Source: an uncultured Rikenellaceae bacterium (GTDB lineage Bacteria > Bacteroidota > Bacteroidia > Bacteroidales > Rikenellaceae). Taken from it: 64,000 bases of DNA. A program made the position numbers and the translations under genes. The stretch lies in assembly GCA_944321925.1 (NCBI GenBank), contig CALUND010000018.1:43555-107554 (forward strand), read 5' to 3'. The notes beneath the pieces are model-generated. The model was not told where the DNA came from. It was given only the letters and a program-made list of their open reading frames with translations, and made no database searches. Positions 8,823 through 18,772 of this stretch are shown in pieces. Position 1 is the stretch's first letter. Every line of letters begins with the position of its first letter.

Positions 8823-9140
8823 TTATGCGAGCAACGCCTCGAATTTCTTCTTCAGATCGAGTTTGCCGACGGCGCCCACCTGTTTGTCGACCACCTCGCC
8901 ATTTTTAAAGAAGAGAATCGTGGGGATGTTGCGAATCGCATACTGAGTCGCCAGATCGGAAGCGTCGTCCACATTGCATTTGCCGACCACGATACGGCCT
9001 TCGTACTCTGCGGCCAACTCCTCAACGACAGGAGCGATCATCCGACAGGGACCGCACCATTCTGCCCAGAAATCGACGATCACCGGTTTCCCGGAGGCAA
9101 GCAACTCAGGCAGATTCTTACTTGTAATTTCCTGTGCCAT
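8823..9140 (-). CDS. trxA: Thioredoxin
   Basis: 105 aa with the canonical active site WAEWCGPCR. Full-length thioredoxin-like sequence: PVIVDFWAEWCGPCRMIAPVVEELA...IPTILFFKNGEVV. Confidence 0.95.
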   Translation of the reverse strand: MAQEITSKNLPELLASGKPVIVDFWAEWCGPCRMIAPVVEELAAEYEGRIVVGKCNVDDASDLATQYAIRNIPTILFFKNGEVVDKQVGAVGKLDLKKKFEALLA

Positions 9141-9154
9141 AACTTTTAGATTGG

Positions 9155-12100
9155 TTATTGAATCGTATATCTGAATTCGTTTTCTTCGAAAAATCCGATC
9201 AGGGCGGCGCCGAGTGAAACCTTGTATTTTTTCGAATACATGCGCAACGCCACATCGCCCGAACGGTCGACCACCCTCAAGCGTAGCGTAAGATTTCCCG
9301 GCGAGTTTTGTGCCACATGCTCCAACTGCTCCGCCAAATTTTTATCGAGAGCCTCTACCGGCAGGGTCACACAAACCTCCCGCAACATATTTTTCTCCAC
9401 CTCTCCCAACTGCACGATCGAAGAGATATGCGCCTCATACTCCTCTTTATTATAGGGCTTCGGCTGCACACGCCCGCGCACGAAGAGGAAATAATCGGGA
9501 AAGAGGAAAATGCGGAACTTCTCGTAGTCCTTATCGAAAAGCATAAATTCGTGGGTCGTCCCGTTGTAATCCTCCATCCGGAACCGGCCGAACGGTTTTC
9601 CCCGTTTCGTCACGAGATTCTGGACCCCGGTAACCATGCCGGCCACCGTAAAATCGCGATTGGGGATTGTATCCGGATGGTCGAGTTCGGCAAGTTGGGT
9701 ATTGCATAGGTTACGGATCACTACAGCATAGTCGTCGAGCGGATGGGCCGAAAGATAGACCCCGATGGACTCCCGCTCCTTATTGAGGGTCTCGAGCTGA
9801 CTCCACTCATCGGATACGGGCATGACCGGCCTTTGGATATCGGCCCCGTTTCCTGCATCGCCGAAGAGACTTTGCTGGGCATTCTGACGCTCGGTCTGCA
9901 CTTTCGACCCGTAACGCATCAGCTGTTCGAGGAAAGTCGGGCTGTTGGGGTCGCGCTGATCCTGCGCAAAGAATTTGCTGCGATGGAATCCCGAGATCGC
10001 ATCGAAAGCCCCTGCGACAGCCAACCCCTCGAGGGTCTTTTTATTGACGGCCTGGAAGTTGACCCGCTCCATGAAATCGTAGATATCCTGGAATTTACCG
10101 CCCTTCTGCCGCTCCTCGATGATTGTCCGCACGGCCATTTCGCCCACTCCTTTGATTGCCGCCAACCCGAAACGCACGTTACCCGCCTTGTCGGAAGAGA
10201 AACGATGGTAACTCTCGTTCACATCGGGCCCCAGCACATGGATCCCCATCCGCTTGCACTCCTGCATGTAGAGCGTGATATTCTTGATATCGCCGAGGTT
10301 CCGGCTGAGCAGCGCCGCCATGAACTCCGATGGGTAATGGGCCTTCAGGTAACCCGTCTGATAGGCAATATAGGCATAACAGGTGGAGTGCGACTTATTG
10401 AACGCATAGGAGGCAAAGGCCTCCCAGTCGCCCCAGATCTTTTCGCAGATCTTCGGATCGTGCCCCTTCGCCTGAGCCCCCTCGATGAATTTGGGTTTCA
10501 GTTTATCCAGCACTTCGCGCTGTTTCTTTCCCATGGCTTTGCGGAGCGTGTCGGCCTCGCCGCCGGTGAATCCGGCCAGCTTTTGCGACAAAAGCATGAC
10601 CTGCTCCTGATAGACCGTAATGCCGTACGTATCGTAGAGATACTCCTCCATGTCGGGGATTTCGTAAGTCACCTTCTCCTCCCCGTGTTTTCGAGCGATA
10701 AAGTTGGGAATGTACTCCATCGGGCCCGGTCTGTAGAGCGCATTCATCGCGATCAGATCCTCGAAACGGTTGGGCTTCAGGTTGCGCAGGTGTTTCTTCA
10801 TGCCGGCCGACTCGAACTGGAACAGGCCGGTCGTATCGCCCCGGCTGAAGAGCTCGTAGGTCGCCGTGTCATCGAGCGGAACGGAGTCGATATCGACCTT
10901 CACGCCATGGACGTGACGAATGTTCTCCAACGCATCTTTGATGATGGAGAGGGTCCGCAGACCGAGGAAGTCCATCTTGATGAGGCCCACGCTCTCGACC
11001 AGTTTTCCCTCGTACTGCACGACATTTTTATAGACCTCCTCTTTCCCCTCTTTGGCGTCCTTGTCCTTTGCCACAGCCACCGGCGCATAAAGTTCCAGGT
11101 CGTCCTTGCCGATGATCACGCCACAGGCGTGCACACCGGTCTGACGCACCGAACCCTCCAACTTCTCGGCATAGTTCAGCGTATTGCGAATCAGCTGGTT
11201 GGGAGACTCCTTCTCCTTGAGCAGCTCGGGGGACTCCTGGTAGACGAACTCGAACGGAGTCTGTCCTTTAGCCGGGGTCAACCGATCGGGAACCATTTTG
11301 GTCAGACGGTCACTCTCCGCCAAGGGCAACTTTTCCACACGCGCCACATCCTTGATCGCCATTTTGGGGGCCATACAGCCGAAAGTAACGATCTGTGCCA
11401 CGCGTTTCTTGCCGTATTTTTCGGTCACATAATTCAACACGTCGGCCCGACCGTCCTCGTCGAAATCGACATCCACATCGGGCAACGAGATCCGGTCCGG
11501 GTTGAGAAAACGTTCGAAAAGCAGGTGATAACGCAGCGGATCGATGTTGGTAATGCGCAGACAGTAAGCCACGACCGATCCGGCGGCAGATCCCCGGCCC
11601 GGACCGACCGACACCCCCATTTCGCGCGCGGCACGAATAAAGTCCCAGACGATCAAGAAATAGCCCGGGAATCCCATCCACTCGATCGTCTTCAACTCAT
11701 AATCAAGCCGCTGCTTTACCTCGTCCGTCAACTCGCCGTAACGTTCCTTCGCCCCCCGATAGGCGAGCGACACGAGATAACGGAACTGTTTGGCCACCAT
11801 GAACCGCTCCTCCAAACCGTATTCCCGAGCCACCTGCTCGAGCTCCTCGATCGTTGCGGCCGCACGGATCTTCTCCAACACCTCTCCCTCCTCCAGTTTG
11901 CGGGCGAACGACTCCCGGAGCGGTTCCAGTTCGAAAACAAAATCGGCCGGCGGAGGGAAATTGGGCATCAACGGCTTGTGATCGAGCGAATACTCCTCCA
12001 CCTTATCGGCGATTTCGAGCGTGGTGGCAAGGGCCTCCGGCTGATCGGGAAAGAGGGCTGCCATCTGTTCGGGACTCTTCAGATACTCCTGAAACGTATA

Positions 12101-12829
12101 ACGCATCCGTTTCGGATCGTCGAGATCGCGCCCCGTATTGAGACAGATCAAATGGTCGTGAGCCAACGCATCGTCCTCCATGACAAAATGGACGTCGTTG
12201 CTGCAGATGTATTTTACGCCGTAGCGGGCCGCGAGTTCGAGAATTTTCGCGTTCACCACCAACTGGTGTTTATAGACATGCTCGTCGCGTTCGTCTCCGG
12301 CAGGATGGAGCTGCATCTCCAGGTAGTAATCCTCGCCGAACAGCTCCTTGAATTCGCACACCACCCGCTCTGCCTCAGCCATGTCACCGCGCAGAATCGC
12401 CTGAGGCAACTCGCCACCGAGACAGGCCGAACAACAGATCAGCCCCTTGCCATAGTCGCGTAACAGGGTCTTGTCGATACGCGGCTTGTAGTAAAAACCT
12501 TCCGTCCAGGAATAGGAGACAATCTTACAAAGATTGTGATATCCCTCCAGGTTTTTGGCCAGCAGGATCAGGTGGTCGCCGGCCTTCTCGTCCTTGTCCT
12601 TTTCGAAACGGTTTTTCACCACGTAGACTTCGCATCCGAGAATCGGCTTGACGCCCTCCTTCACCGCAAAGTCGTGGAACTCCTTCAAGCCGTACATATT
12701 GCCGTGATCGGTAATGGCCAGGGCGGGCATTCCGAGCTCCTTGGCCCGACGGATCAACGTCTTGATCTCCGACGCCCCGTCGAGAATGGAGTATTGCGTA
12801 TGGACATGAAGATGAACGAAATCCGGCAT
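9155..12829 (-). CDS. dnaE: DNA polymerase III subunit alpha
   Basis: ORF 9155..12901. Preferred start is 12829 (MPDFVHLHVHTQYSILDGA, the PHP-domain N-terminus). About 1224 aa, with DnaE-like blocks throughout (GFPGYFLIVWDFI, KMDFLGLRTLS, FNKSHSTCYAYIAYQTGYLKAHYP). Confidence 0.97.
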   Translation of the reverse strand: MPDFVHLHVHTQYSILDGASEIKTLIRRAKELGMPALAITDHGNMYGLKEFHDFAVKEGVKPILGCEVYVVKNRFEKDKDEKAGDHLILLAKNLEGYHNLCKIVSYSWTEGFYYKPRIDKTLLRDYGKGLICCSACLGGELPQAILRGDMAEAERVVCEFKELFGEDYYLEMQLHPAGDERDEHVYKHQLVVNAKILELAARYGVKYICSNDVHFVMEDDALAHDHLICLNTGRDLDDPKRMRYTFQEYLKSPEQMAALFPDQPEALATTLEIADKVEEYSLDHKPLMPNFPPPADFVFELEPLRESFARKLEEGEVLEKIRAAATIEELEQVAREYGLEERFMVAKQFRYLVSLAYRGAKERYGELTDEVKQRLDYELKTIEWMGFPGYFLIVWDFIRAAREMGVSVGPGRGSAAGSVVAYCLRITNIDPLRYHLLFERFLNPDRISLPDVDVDFDEDGRADVLNYVTEKYGKKRVAQIVTFGCMAPKMAIKDVARVEKLPLAESDRLTKMVPDRLTPAKGQTPFEFVYQESPELLKEKESPNQLIRNTLNYAEKLEGSVRQTGVHACGVIIGKDDLELYAPVAVAKDKDAKEGKEEVYKNVVQYEGKLVESVGLIKMDFLGLRTLSIIKDALENIRHVHGVKVDIDSVPLDDTATYELFSRGDTTGLFQFESAGMKKHLRNLKPNRFEDLIAMNALYRPGPMEYIPNFIARKHGEEKVTYEIPDMEEYLYDTYGITVYQEQVMLLSQKLAGFTGGEADTLRKAMGKKQREVLDKLKPKFIEGAQAKGHDPKICEKIWGDWEAFASYAFNKSHSTCYAYIAYQTGYLKAHYPSEFMAALLSRNLGDIKNITLYMQECKRMGIHVLGPDVNESYHRFSSDKAGNVRFGLAAIKGVGEMAVRTIIEERQKGGKFQDIYDFMERVNFQAVNKKTLEGLAVAGAFDAISGFHRSKFFAQDQRDPNSPTFLEQLMRYGSKVQTERQNAQQSLFGDAGNGADIQRPVMPVSDEWSQLETLNKERESIGVYLSAHPLDDYAVVIRNLCNTQLAELDHPDTIPNRDFTVAGMVTGVQNLVTKRGKPFGRFRMEDYNGTTHEFMLFDKDYEKFRIFLFPDYFLFVRGRVQPKPYNKEEYEAHISSIVQLGEVEKNMLREVCVTLPVEALDKNLAEQLEHVAQNSPGNLTLRLRVVDRSGDVALRMYSKKYKVSLGAALIGFFEENEFRYTIQ

Positions 12830-12952
12830 AGTTACTGGAATTGGATCGATGTCTGCAAATTTACGGAAAATATAGAGGATTTTATGGCATGCAGGATGCA
12901 AGTTTTTAACAAAATAATCGTAACTTTACACAAAGGTTAAATCGCTACGACT

Positions 12953-13366
12953 ATGGAAAAATCCGAATTCATCCTCCTCCGGAGCTTCGACACGCTCGGC
13001 GAAGCCATGATCTACAAATCGCTGCTCGAATCGGCAGGGATCGAATGTTTCCTGAAAGGCGAAGTAATGGCCTCCGTCCTGCCGATCCAAAACGACAACA
13101 TGCCGATCCGTCTGGTCGTCCATGAACGCGATCAGAAAAAGGCCGAAGATTTTTTGGCGGCCAAGATCGAAAAACCGGAACCGGCCCCGAAAAGAACGGC
13201 CTCCGGACAAAAGAAAACAAAGAGTCCCGCCTCTTCCGAGACACCTGCACCAACGCAGAAAAGCGCTGCAAACAGACGAACCGCCTCCGGAAGCGCGACA
13301 CGCAAGAGCAAAACGACCGAAGAGAAACGTCCAGCGGCACGCCCGAAACGTAAAAAAATCGACTAA
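12953..13366 (+). CDS. DUF2007-like small protein with a long basic, low-complexity C-terminal tail
   Basis: 137 aa. N-terminal ~70 aa (FILLRSFDTLGEAMIYKSLLESAGIECFLKGE...IRLVVHERDQKKAEDFL) resembles the DUF2007 'putative signal transducing' fold. The remaining ~65 aa are rich in K/R/P/T/S. The stop lies 4 nt before the priA start. Confidence 0.7.
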   Translation: MEKSEFILLRSFDTLGEAMIYKSLLESAGIECFLKGEVMASVLPIQNDNMPIRLVVHERDQKKAEDFLAAKIEKPEPAPKRTASGQKKTKSPASSETPAPTQKSAANRRTASGSATRKSKTTEEKRPAARPKRKKID

Positions 13367-13370
13367 ACCG

Positions 13371-15623
13371 ATGCCGGATCGTTTCGCCGATATCGTTTTA
13401 CCGCTCGCCCCGACTTTTTTCACCTTCTCGATTCCCCCGGAGATCGGTACCCTTGTTCCAGGCAGCGCAGTCACAGTCCCTTTAGGGGAGAGGAAAATCT
13501 ACACCGGGATCGTCTGGCGCATCCACGACCAACGCCCCCCTTATGAAGTCATAAAGCCGATTCTCCGTCGGCTTTTCGACTTTCCGTTACTTCTTCCTGA
13601 ACAGATGCGCTTTTGGGAGTGGATTGCCGACTACTACATGTGCTCGCTGGGCGATGTGATGCGGGCCGTTCTCCCCGCGCTGCTCAAACCCTCCGGTTTT
13701 TCCGACGAGGAGTATGCACACGACGGATTTCGCCCCCGAAAAGCGAGCTTCGTCGCCTTCGCCGAAACGATCTCCGATGAAGTCCGACTGCACGAAGCCT
13801 GCGAATCGGTCCGGAAAGCCTCCAGACAATACGCCGCCCTGCTCGAACTGGCCGAATCGCTCCCTGCGACGGCGATGTTCGACAGTGAAGTGGCACGAAA
13901 TCTCCTCAAAGCGAAGACGACAACACTCCATCTCCTCGAAAAAAAAGGGTTCATACGGATTACCGAACGGGAAACGGTCGACCCCGAGAACCCATTCGGC
14001 CCCTCCACTTTGCCTCCGCTCAGCCCGGCACAACAAAAAGCGCTCGAACAACTGCGCGAAGCATGGAGCCGCCAATCTGCCGTGTTGCTGCAAGGAGTCC
14101 CGAGCAGCGGGAAAAGCGAACTCTTTTTCTACGAAATCGATCGGGTCCTCCAGCGTGGAGGCGACGTGCTGTTGCTGCTCCCCGAGATCGCTCTTTCGAC
14201 CCAATTCGTCGAACGGGTACAACGCGCCTTCGGCAACCGGGTCCTGCTCTACCACTCCAAAATAACCAACAGAAAACGTTCCGAAATCTATCTGCGGCTG
14301 TTGCGCCGACCGGGAGGGAATTTGGTCGTAGGAGTACGCTCCTCCCTCTTTTTACCACTCGCCCGGCTCAAGCTCATCGTGGTCGACGAAGAACACGACT
14401 CCAGCTATAAACAGCAAGATACAGCGCCGCGCTACCATGCCCGCGACACGGCGCTCATGCTGGGCCGATTTTTCGGAGCACAAGTCATTCTGAGCAGCGC
14501 GACCCCCTCGCTCGAAAGCTACCTGAACGCCGTGTCGGGGAGATACGGCCATGTGCGACTCGCCGAACGCTGGGGAGGATCGCCCGCGCCGCAGGTGATT
14601 CTTTCGGATACGATACGATCCGCCAAACGGGGTGAGCGGAAAAGCCATTTCAACAAAGAGCTGCTCGATGCGCTCCGCCACACACTCGCAGCAGGGGAAC
14701 AGGCCATCCTGTTTCAGAACCGCCGGGGATTCGCCCCCTACATCGAATGCGAATCGTGCGGCTGGACGGCCCGATGCCCCCACTGCAACGTCACGCTCAC
14801 CCACCACCGTACGACTCTCCGCTGCCACTATTGCGGCTATCACATGCCGATTCCGGAGCAGTGCCCCCAATGCGGAGGAGCTGTCATTCCCCGGGGATTC
14901 GGAACCGAAAAAGCCGAGATCGAGCTCCAACGTCTTCTGCCCGAAGCACGCATAAACCGTCTCGATCGCGACACCACCCCCTCGGAGTCTGCCTATCGGC
15001 GAATCATCGACAATTTTAAAACGGGACGCACCGACATTCTGATCGGCACACAGATGGTAACCAAGGGATTCGATTTCGAGCGGGTAACGCTCGTAGGGGT
15101 TCTCAATGCCGACAACCTGCTCAACTACCCCGATTTCCGTGCCGAAGAACGGGCCTTCCAACTTCTCACCCAGGTGGCCGGACGTGCAGGCCGCCGTTCG
15201 GAACAAGGGACGGTCATCATCCAAACGGCCCAACCGAATCATCCGGTTATCCGGGAGGCGCTCGACGGCAATTTCGAGAAATCGGCCCTCCGCATACTCG
15301 AAGAACGGCGTACCGTGTTGTTTCCTCCCTATTGCCGGCTCGTCTCCATCACCCTGCTTCATCGCGACCGCCAACGCACAATCCACGCTGCACGGATGCT
15401 GGAAAAGCTGCTGCGACCCCGATTCGGAGATCGGCTGCTCGGACCGCAGTCGCCCCTCGTAGAGAGGATCCGCAACGAATACGTCCAAATTTTTCTGCTC
15501 AAAACGGAGCGGAATACCCCTTTCTCCGAAGTCCGGGGCTTCCTCCGGGAGGCCTCGGCACAAATCGTCGCCGTTCCGGAATTCAAATCGGTTTCATTCA
15601 TCTTCGACGTCGATCCGCAATGA
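13371..15623 (+). CDS. priA: Primosomal protein N' (replication-restart helicase PriA)
   Basis: ORF 13122..15623. Preferred start is 13371 (MPDRFADIVLPLA...). Walker A GVPSSGKSE, DEAH-like VVDEEHD, and a Cys-rich zinc module (CESCGWTARCPHCNVTLTHHRTTLRCHYCGYHMPIPEQCPQCG). Confidence 0.95.
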   Translation: MPDRFADIVLPLAPTFFTFSIPPEIGTLVPGSAVTVPLGERKIYTGIVWRIHDQRPPYEVIKPILRRLFDFPLLLPEQMRFWEWIADYYMCSLGDVMRAVLPALLKPSGFSDEEYAHDGFRPRKASFVAFAETISDEVRLHEACESVRKASRQYAALLELAESLPATAMFDSEVARNLLKAKTTTLHLLEKKGFIRITERETVDPENPFGPSTLPPLSPAQQKALEQLREAWSRQSAVLLQGVPSSGKSELFFYEIDRVLQRGGDVLLLLPEIALSTQFVERVQRAFGNRVLLYHSKITNRKRSEIYLRLLRRPGGNLVVGVRSSLFLPLARLKLIVVDEEHDSSYKQQDTAPRYHARDTALMLGRFFGAQVILSSATPSLESYLNAVSGRYGHVRLAERWGGSPAPQVILSDTIRSAKRGERKSHFNKELLDALRHTLAAGEQAILFQNRRGFAPYIECESCGWTARCPHCNVTLTHHRTTLRCHYCGYHMPIPEQCPQCGGAVIPRGFGTEKAEIELQRLLPEARINRLDRDTTPSESAYRRIIDNFKTGRTDILIGTQMVTKGFDFERVTLVGVLNADNLLNYPDFRAEERAFQLLTQVAGRAGRRSEQGTVIIQTAQPNHPVIREALDGNFEKSALRILEERRTVLFPPYCRLVSITLLHRDRQRTIHAARMLEKLLRPRFGDRLLGPQSPLVERIRNEYVQIFLLKTERNTPFSEVRGFLREASAQIVAVPEFKSVSFIFDVDPQ

Positions 15624-16333
15624 TAACTCCCTTCGCCGATCTGTTCGCACTTTTCTTTCCGCCGGTCTGTCCGGCGTGCGGAAATCCGTTGCCGCCCGGC
15701 GGAAGGTTCCTCTGCACCGCATGTCGGCTCGATGCACCCCTGACAGGTTACGAAAAGGAGCGCGACAATCCACTGTGGCGCAAATTCTGGGGCATAATCC
15801 CGGTGGAGGAGGCTTGCGGATTCCTGTTTTACATCATGGAGGGGAACTATCGTCGGGTCGTACATGGATTCAAATACCGAGGAAGCTGGCACGACGCCCT
15901 GGAGATGGGCCGATGGTTCGGTCATGCGCTTCGCGAATCGGGCCGATACGAAACGGTCGACCTGATCGTACCCGTTCCGCTCCACCTGTTCAAACGGCTC
16001 CGAAGAGGCTATAACCAATCGGAATACCTGGCCGAAGGATTGGCAAAAGAGTTGGAACGACCGGCAGAAACCAAAAGCGTAATTCGTCGGGTACACAACC
16101 CGAGTCAGGCCCGAAAACCGAAAGAGGAGCGATGGGAGAATGTCCGCGACATCTTCGCCGTACGGCATCCCGAACGGCTGAAAGGTCGTCACATCCTGCT
16201 GGTCGACGATGTGTTCACGACCGGAGCCACCATCACCTCCTGTGCCGAAGCCATTTTGAAGGCGGTTCCCGATTGTCGTATCAGCGTGGCGGTACTCTGC
16301 GTCTCGCAACAGGAGATCGGTATCAAACAGTAA
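15620..16333 (+). CDS. comF: ComF-family protein (phosphoribosyltransferase-fold)
   Basis: Start ATG 15620 overlaps the priA stop (ATGA). N-terminal CxxC pairs (CPACGNPL...CTACR). PRT motif ILLVDDVFTTGATI. Confidence 0.88.
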   Translation: MITPFADLFALFFPPVCPACGNPLPPGGRFLCTACRLDAPLTGYEKERDNPLWRKFWGIIPVEEACGFLFYIMEGNYRRVVHGFKYRGSWHDALEMGRWFGHALRESGRYETVDLIVPVPLHLFKRLRRGYNQSEYLAEGLAKELERPAETKSVIRRVHNPSQARKPKEERWENVRDIFAVRHPERLKGRHILLVDDVFTTGATITSCAEAILKAVPDCRISVAVLCVSQQEIGIKQ

Positions 16334-16436
16334 ACGCCGTTCGGAAGAACGGATTTATCGCGAAATGTGCGGTGCGTGCCCGCCGATTCCGACCACAGCC
16401 ACTCCTACGCCTTCCAAACGCCTCCGGACAACAAAA

Positions 16437-16461
16437 AAGCGGGTCGATTATCGACCCGCTT
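16437..16461. terminator. Strong hairpin in the convergent comF/frr intergenic region (probable bidirectional terminator)
   Basis: AAGCGGGTCGAT (16437-16448) and ATCGACCCGCTT (16450-16461) form 12-bp arms. An A-run (ACAAAAAA) precedes it and CAACGTTTT follows. Confidence 0.6.
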
Positions 16462-16636
16462 CAACGTTTTGAGAAATCTCGACGCCCGACGACAATACGC
16501 CTTCCAACGCCGTACCGCACCTCCGTTCCGACAGCACGATTCGCAAAAGCCTCCCCCCACGAACATTCCGACAGAAGACGGTTCGAATCAAACAGGGGGG
16601 CCACAAATCGGGCCGCTGCGAAAAATCCGACGATCG

Positions 16637-17194
16637 TCAGACCGTCATGATCTCTTTCTCCTTCTGAGCAACGACCTCCTCGAGCTTTTTGGAGAACTTG
16701 TCGGTAACCTTCTGTACTTCGGTCTCGCCGCCTTTGGCCTCATCCTCGGGCATGCCCTCTTTCTGCGCCTTCTTGAAAGCCTCGACCGCATCGCGACGAA
16801 TGTTGCGCAATACGACACGCGCCTTCTCGGCCTCCTCACGCACCTGCTTGACGAGCTGTTTACGTCGTTCCTCCGTCAGCACGGGAATCGTAAGCCGAAT
16901 CTGTTCGCCGTTGTTCGAAGGCGTCAGACCGATGTTGGCGTTGATGATCGACTTCTCGATCGCCGCGATCATGTTCTTCTCCCACGGCTGAATCAAAATC
17001 GTCCGGGCATCGGGCACCGTAATGCTGGCCACGGAAGAGATGCTTGTCGGCGTCCCGTAATATTCGACTGTGATTCCGTCGAGCACACCCACACTCGCCT
17101 TACCTGCGCGGATATTGACCAACACCTCCTGCAGAAAATCGATCCCTTTCTGCATCTTTTCGGTGCACTGATCCATGATTTGTTTCGTTTCCAT
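16637..17194 (-). CDS. frr: Ribosome recycling factor
   Basis: 185 aa with typical RRF sequence: IRAGKASVGVLDGITVEYYGTPTSISSVASITVPDARTILIQPWEK...LTEERRKQLVKQVREEAEKARVVLRNIRRDA. Confidence 0.95.
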   Translation of the reverse strand: METKQIMDQCTEKMQKGIDFLQEVLVNIRAGKASVGVLDGITVEYYGTPTSISSVASITVPDARTILIQPWEKNMIAAIEKSIINANIGLTPSNNGEQIRLTIPVLTEERRKQLVKQVREEAEKARVVLRNIRRDAVEAFKKAQKEGMPEDEAKGGETEVQKVTDKFSKKLEEVVAQKEKEIMTV

Positions 17195-17209
17195 AATATT
17201 TATCGGGTT

Positions 17210-17917
17210 TTAAATTTTCACCAATGTTCCGATCCGTTCCCCGGCCAGCAGCCGCCCGAGATTACCCTCGGTATCCATGTCGAACACGACGATCGGCAGT
17301 CCGTTCTCCTTGCAAAGCGTGAAGGCCGTCAGGTCCATCACCTTCAACCCGCGGCGGTAGACCTCGTCAAACGTGATCTCCTCGAACCGCTCGGCCTGAG
17401 GATCCTTTTCGGGATCGGCCGTATAGATTCCGTCCACACGCGTGCCCTTCAACAACACGTCGGCTTCGATCTCGATGCCACGCAAAGCCGATGCCGTATC
17501 GGTCGTGAAGTAGGGGTTCGACGTTCCGCCACCGATGATGACCACTTCGCCCCGTTCGAGCGCGGCAATCGCCTTTGCCTTGGAGAAATACTCTCCGATC
17601 GGCTCCATGCAGATCGAGGTCAACACCCGGACTTTCACACCCACGGCCTCCAACGCAGACTGGAGCGCCAACGAATTGATTACCGTAGCCAACATTCCCA
17701 TCTGGTCGCCTTTCACCCGGTCGAATCCTCGTCCGGCTCCGCTCAACCCCCGGAAAATATTACCGCCTCCTATCACGATACCGACCTGCACACCGGATTC
17801 GGTCGCCGCCTTGATCTGTCGCGCATACGAGGCGAGTACCTCCACCGACAGTCCGTATTTTTGTTCGCCCTGAAGCGATTCGCCGCTCAACTTGAGCAAA
17901 ATTCTCTTATAGGTCAT
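17210..17917 (-). CDS. pyrH: UMP kinase
   Basis: 235 aa with motifs KRILLKLSGESL, IVIGGGNIFRG and GTRVDGIYTADPEKD. Confidence 0.95.
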   Translation of the reverse strand: MTYKRILLKLSGESLQGEQKYGLSVEVLASYARQIKAATESGVQVGIVIGGGNIFRGLSGAGRGFDRVKGDQMGMLATVINSLALQSALEAVGVKVRVLTSICMEPIGEYFSKAKAIAALERGEVVIIGGGTSNPYFTTDTASALRGIEIEADVLLKGTRVDGIYTADPEKDPQAERFEEITFDEVYRRGLKVMDLTAFTLCKENGLPIVVFDMDTEGNLGRLLAGERIGTLVKI

Positions 17918-17926
17918 CCGATATCC

Positions 17927-18772
17927 TTATTTCATGATCTGAAGCAACTCATCGAGTTTCGGCGTGAGAATGATCTCGGTTCTCCGGTTCTTCTGACGGG
18001 CTTCGGGGGTATCCGCCGTGTCGATCGGCAACGACTCTCCACGCCCCGCGGCAATGATCCGCACCGGATCGATACTCTTGTTCTGCAGCAACAAACGCAC
18101 CACGGTCGTTGCACGTTTGGCACTCAGATCGAGGTTGTCCTTCAACTGTCCGTTCGGACGATAGGGGACATTGTCGGTGTGCCCCTCCACCATGATGTTG
18201 ATGTCGGGATTGGCTGCCAGAACGGTCGCCAGCTCCTTGACCGCCTCGGCTCCCTTCGGATCGATCTCGAAACTTCCCGAGCGGAACAACAGCTTGTCCT
18301 CCATCGAAACGTACACCTTGCCATCGCGCGTCGTGATGGTCAACCCCTTGCCCTCAAATCCGAGCAGCGCATCGGCCACCTTGCGACGAATCTCCTGCAT
18401 GGCCTCCTCGCGAGCCCGAAGCATCTGCTCCAACTCGTCGACCCGTTGCGAACGGGCGGCAATCTCCTGTTGACTCACCTCCAACTGGCGGAGCATGCGG
18501 GCCGCTTCTGCCGATCCATCGGCCAGCAACTTTTTATAGTTCGCATTCAGCTGGCGACACTCGGCCCCCAGGCGAGCCGTATCGGCACACAATTTTTTGC
18601 AATCGTTCTGCAAGCCGTTCTTACTTTCGGTCATCACAGCGAGCCGTTCGCGCGACACCTCCAGCTCCGACTCATAACGCAACGCCTCCGCCCGCATCGA
18701 ATCGTATTTCCGCATGGAAACACATCCGCCGGCCAGCGCGGCAACCAAACCAATTATCAATATCTTACGCAT
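17927..18772 (-). CDS. OmpA-family lipoprotein with N-terminal coiled coil
   Basis: 281 aa. Lipobox LAGGC. Long heptad-like region (RAEALRYESELEVSRERL...). C-terminal OmpA/MotB peptidoglycan-binding domain (EGHTDNVP...NLDLSAKRATTVVRLL...GRGESLPI...NRRTEI). Confidence 0.88.
   Translation of the reverse strand: MRKILIIGLVAALAGGCVSMRKYDSMRAEALRYESELEVSRERLAVMTESKNGLQNDCKKLCADTARLGAECRQLNANYKKLLADGSAEAARMLRQLEVSQQEIAARSQRVDELEQMLRAREEAMQEIRRKVADALLGFEGKGLTITTRDGKVYVSMEDKLLFRSGSFEIDPKGAEAVKELATVLAANPDINIMVEGHTDNVPYRPNGQLKDNLDLSAKRATTVVRLLLQNKSIDPVRIIAAGRGESLPIDTADTPEARQKNRRTEIILTPKLDELLQIMK

Noticed and set aside
9743-12463. 906-aa plus-strand ORF antisense to dnaE.
   Set aside because: It is codon-aligned antisense to an unambiguous dnaE and its product carries no motifs. 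The codon-bias explanation above applies.
13122-13370. N-terminal extensions of track ORFs. Examples: priA from 13122, comF from 15332, dxs from 18840, metX from 21537, the nitroreductase ORF from 32996, tsaC to 43561, M64 to 44937, the permease to 48629 and GH31 from 56141.
   Set aside because: The extensions overlap neighbouring genes or are Arg/Pro-rich junk. Internal Met codons give native-looking N-termini (signal peptides or conserved first motifs) and sensible spacing, so the shorter models were used.
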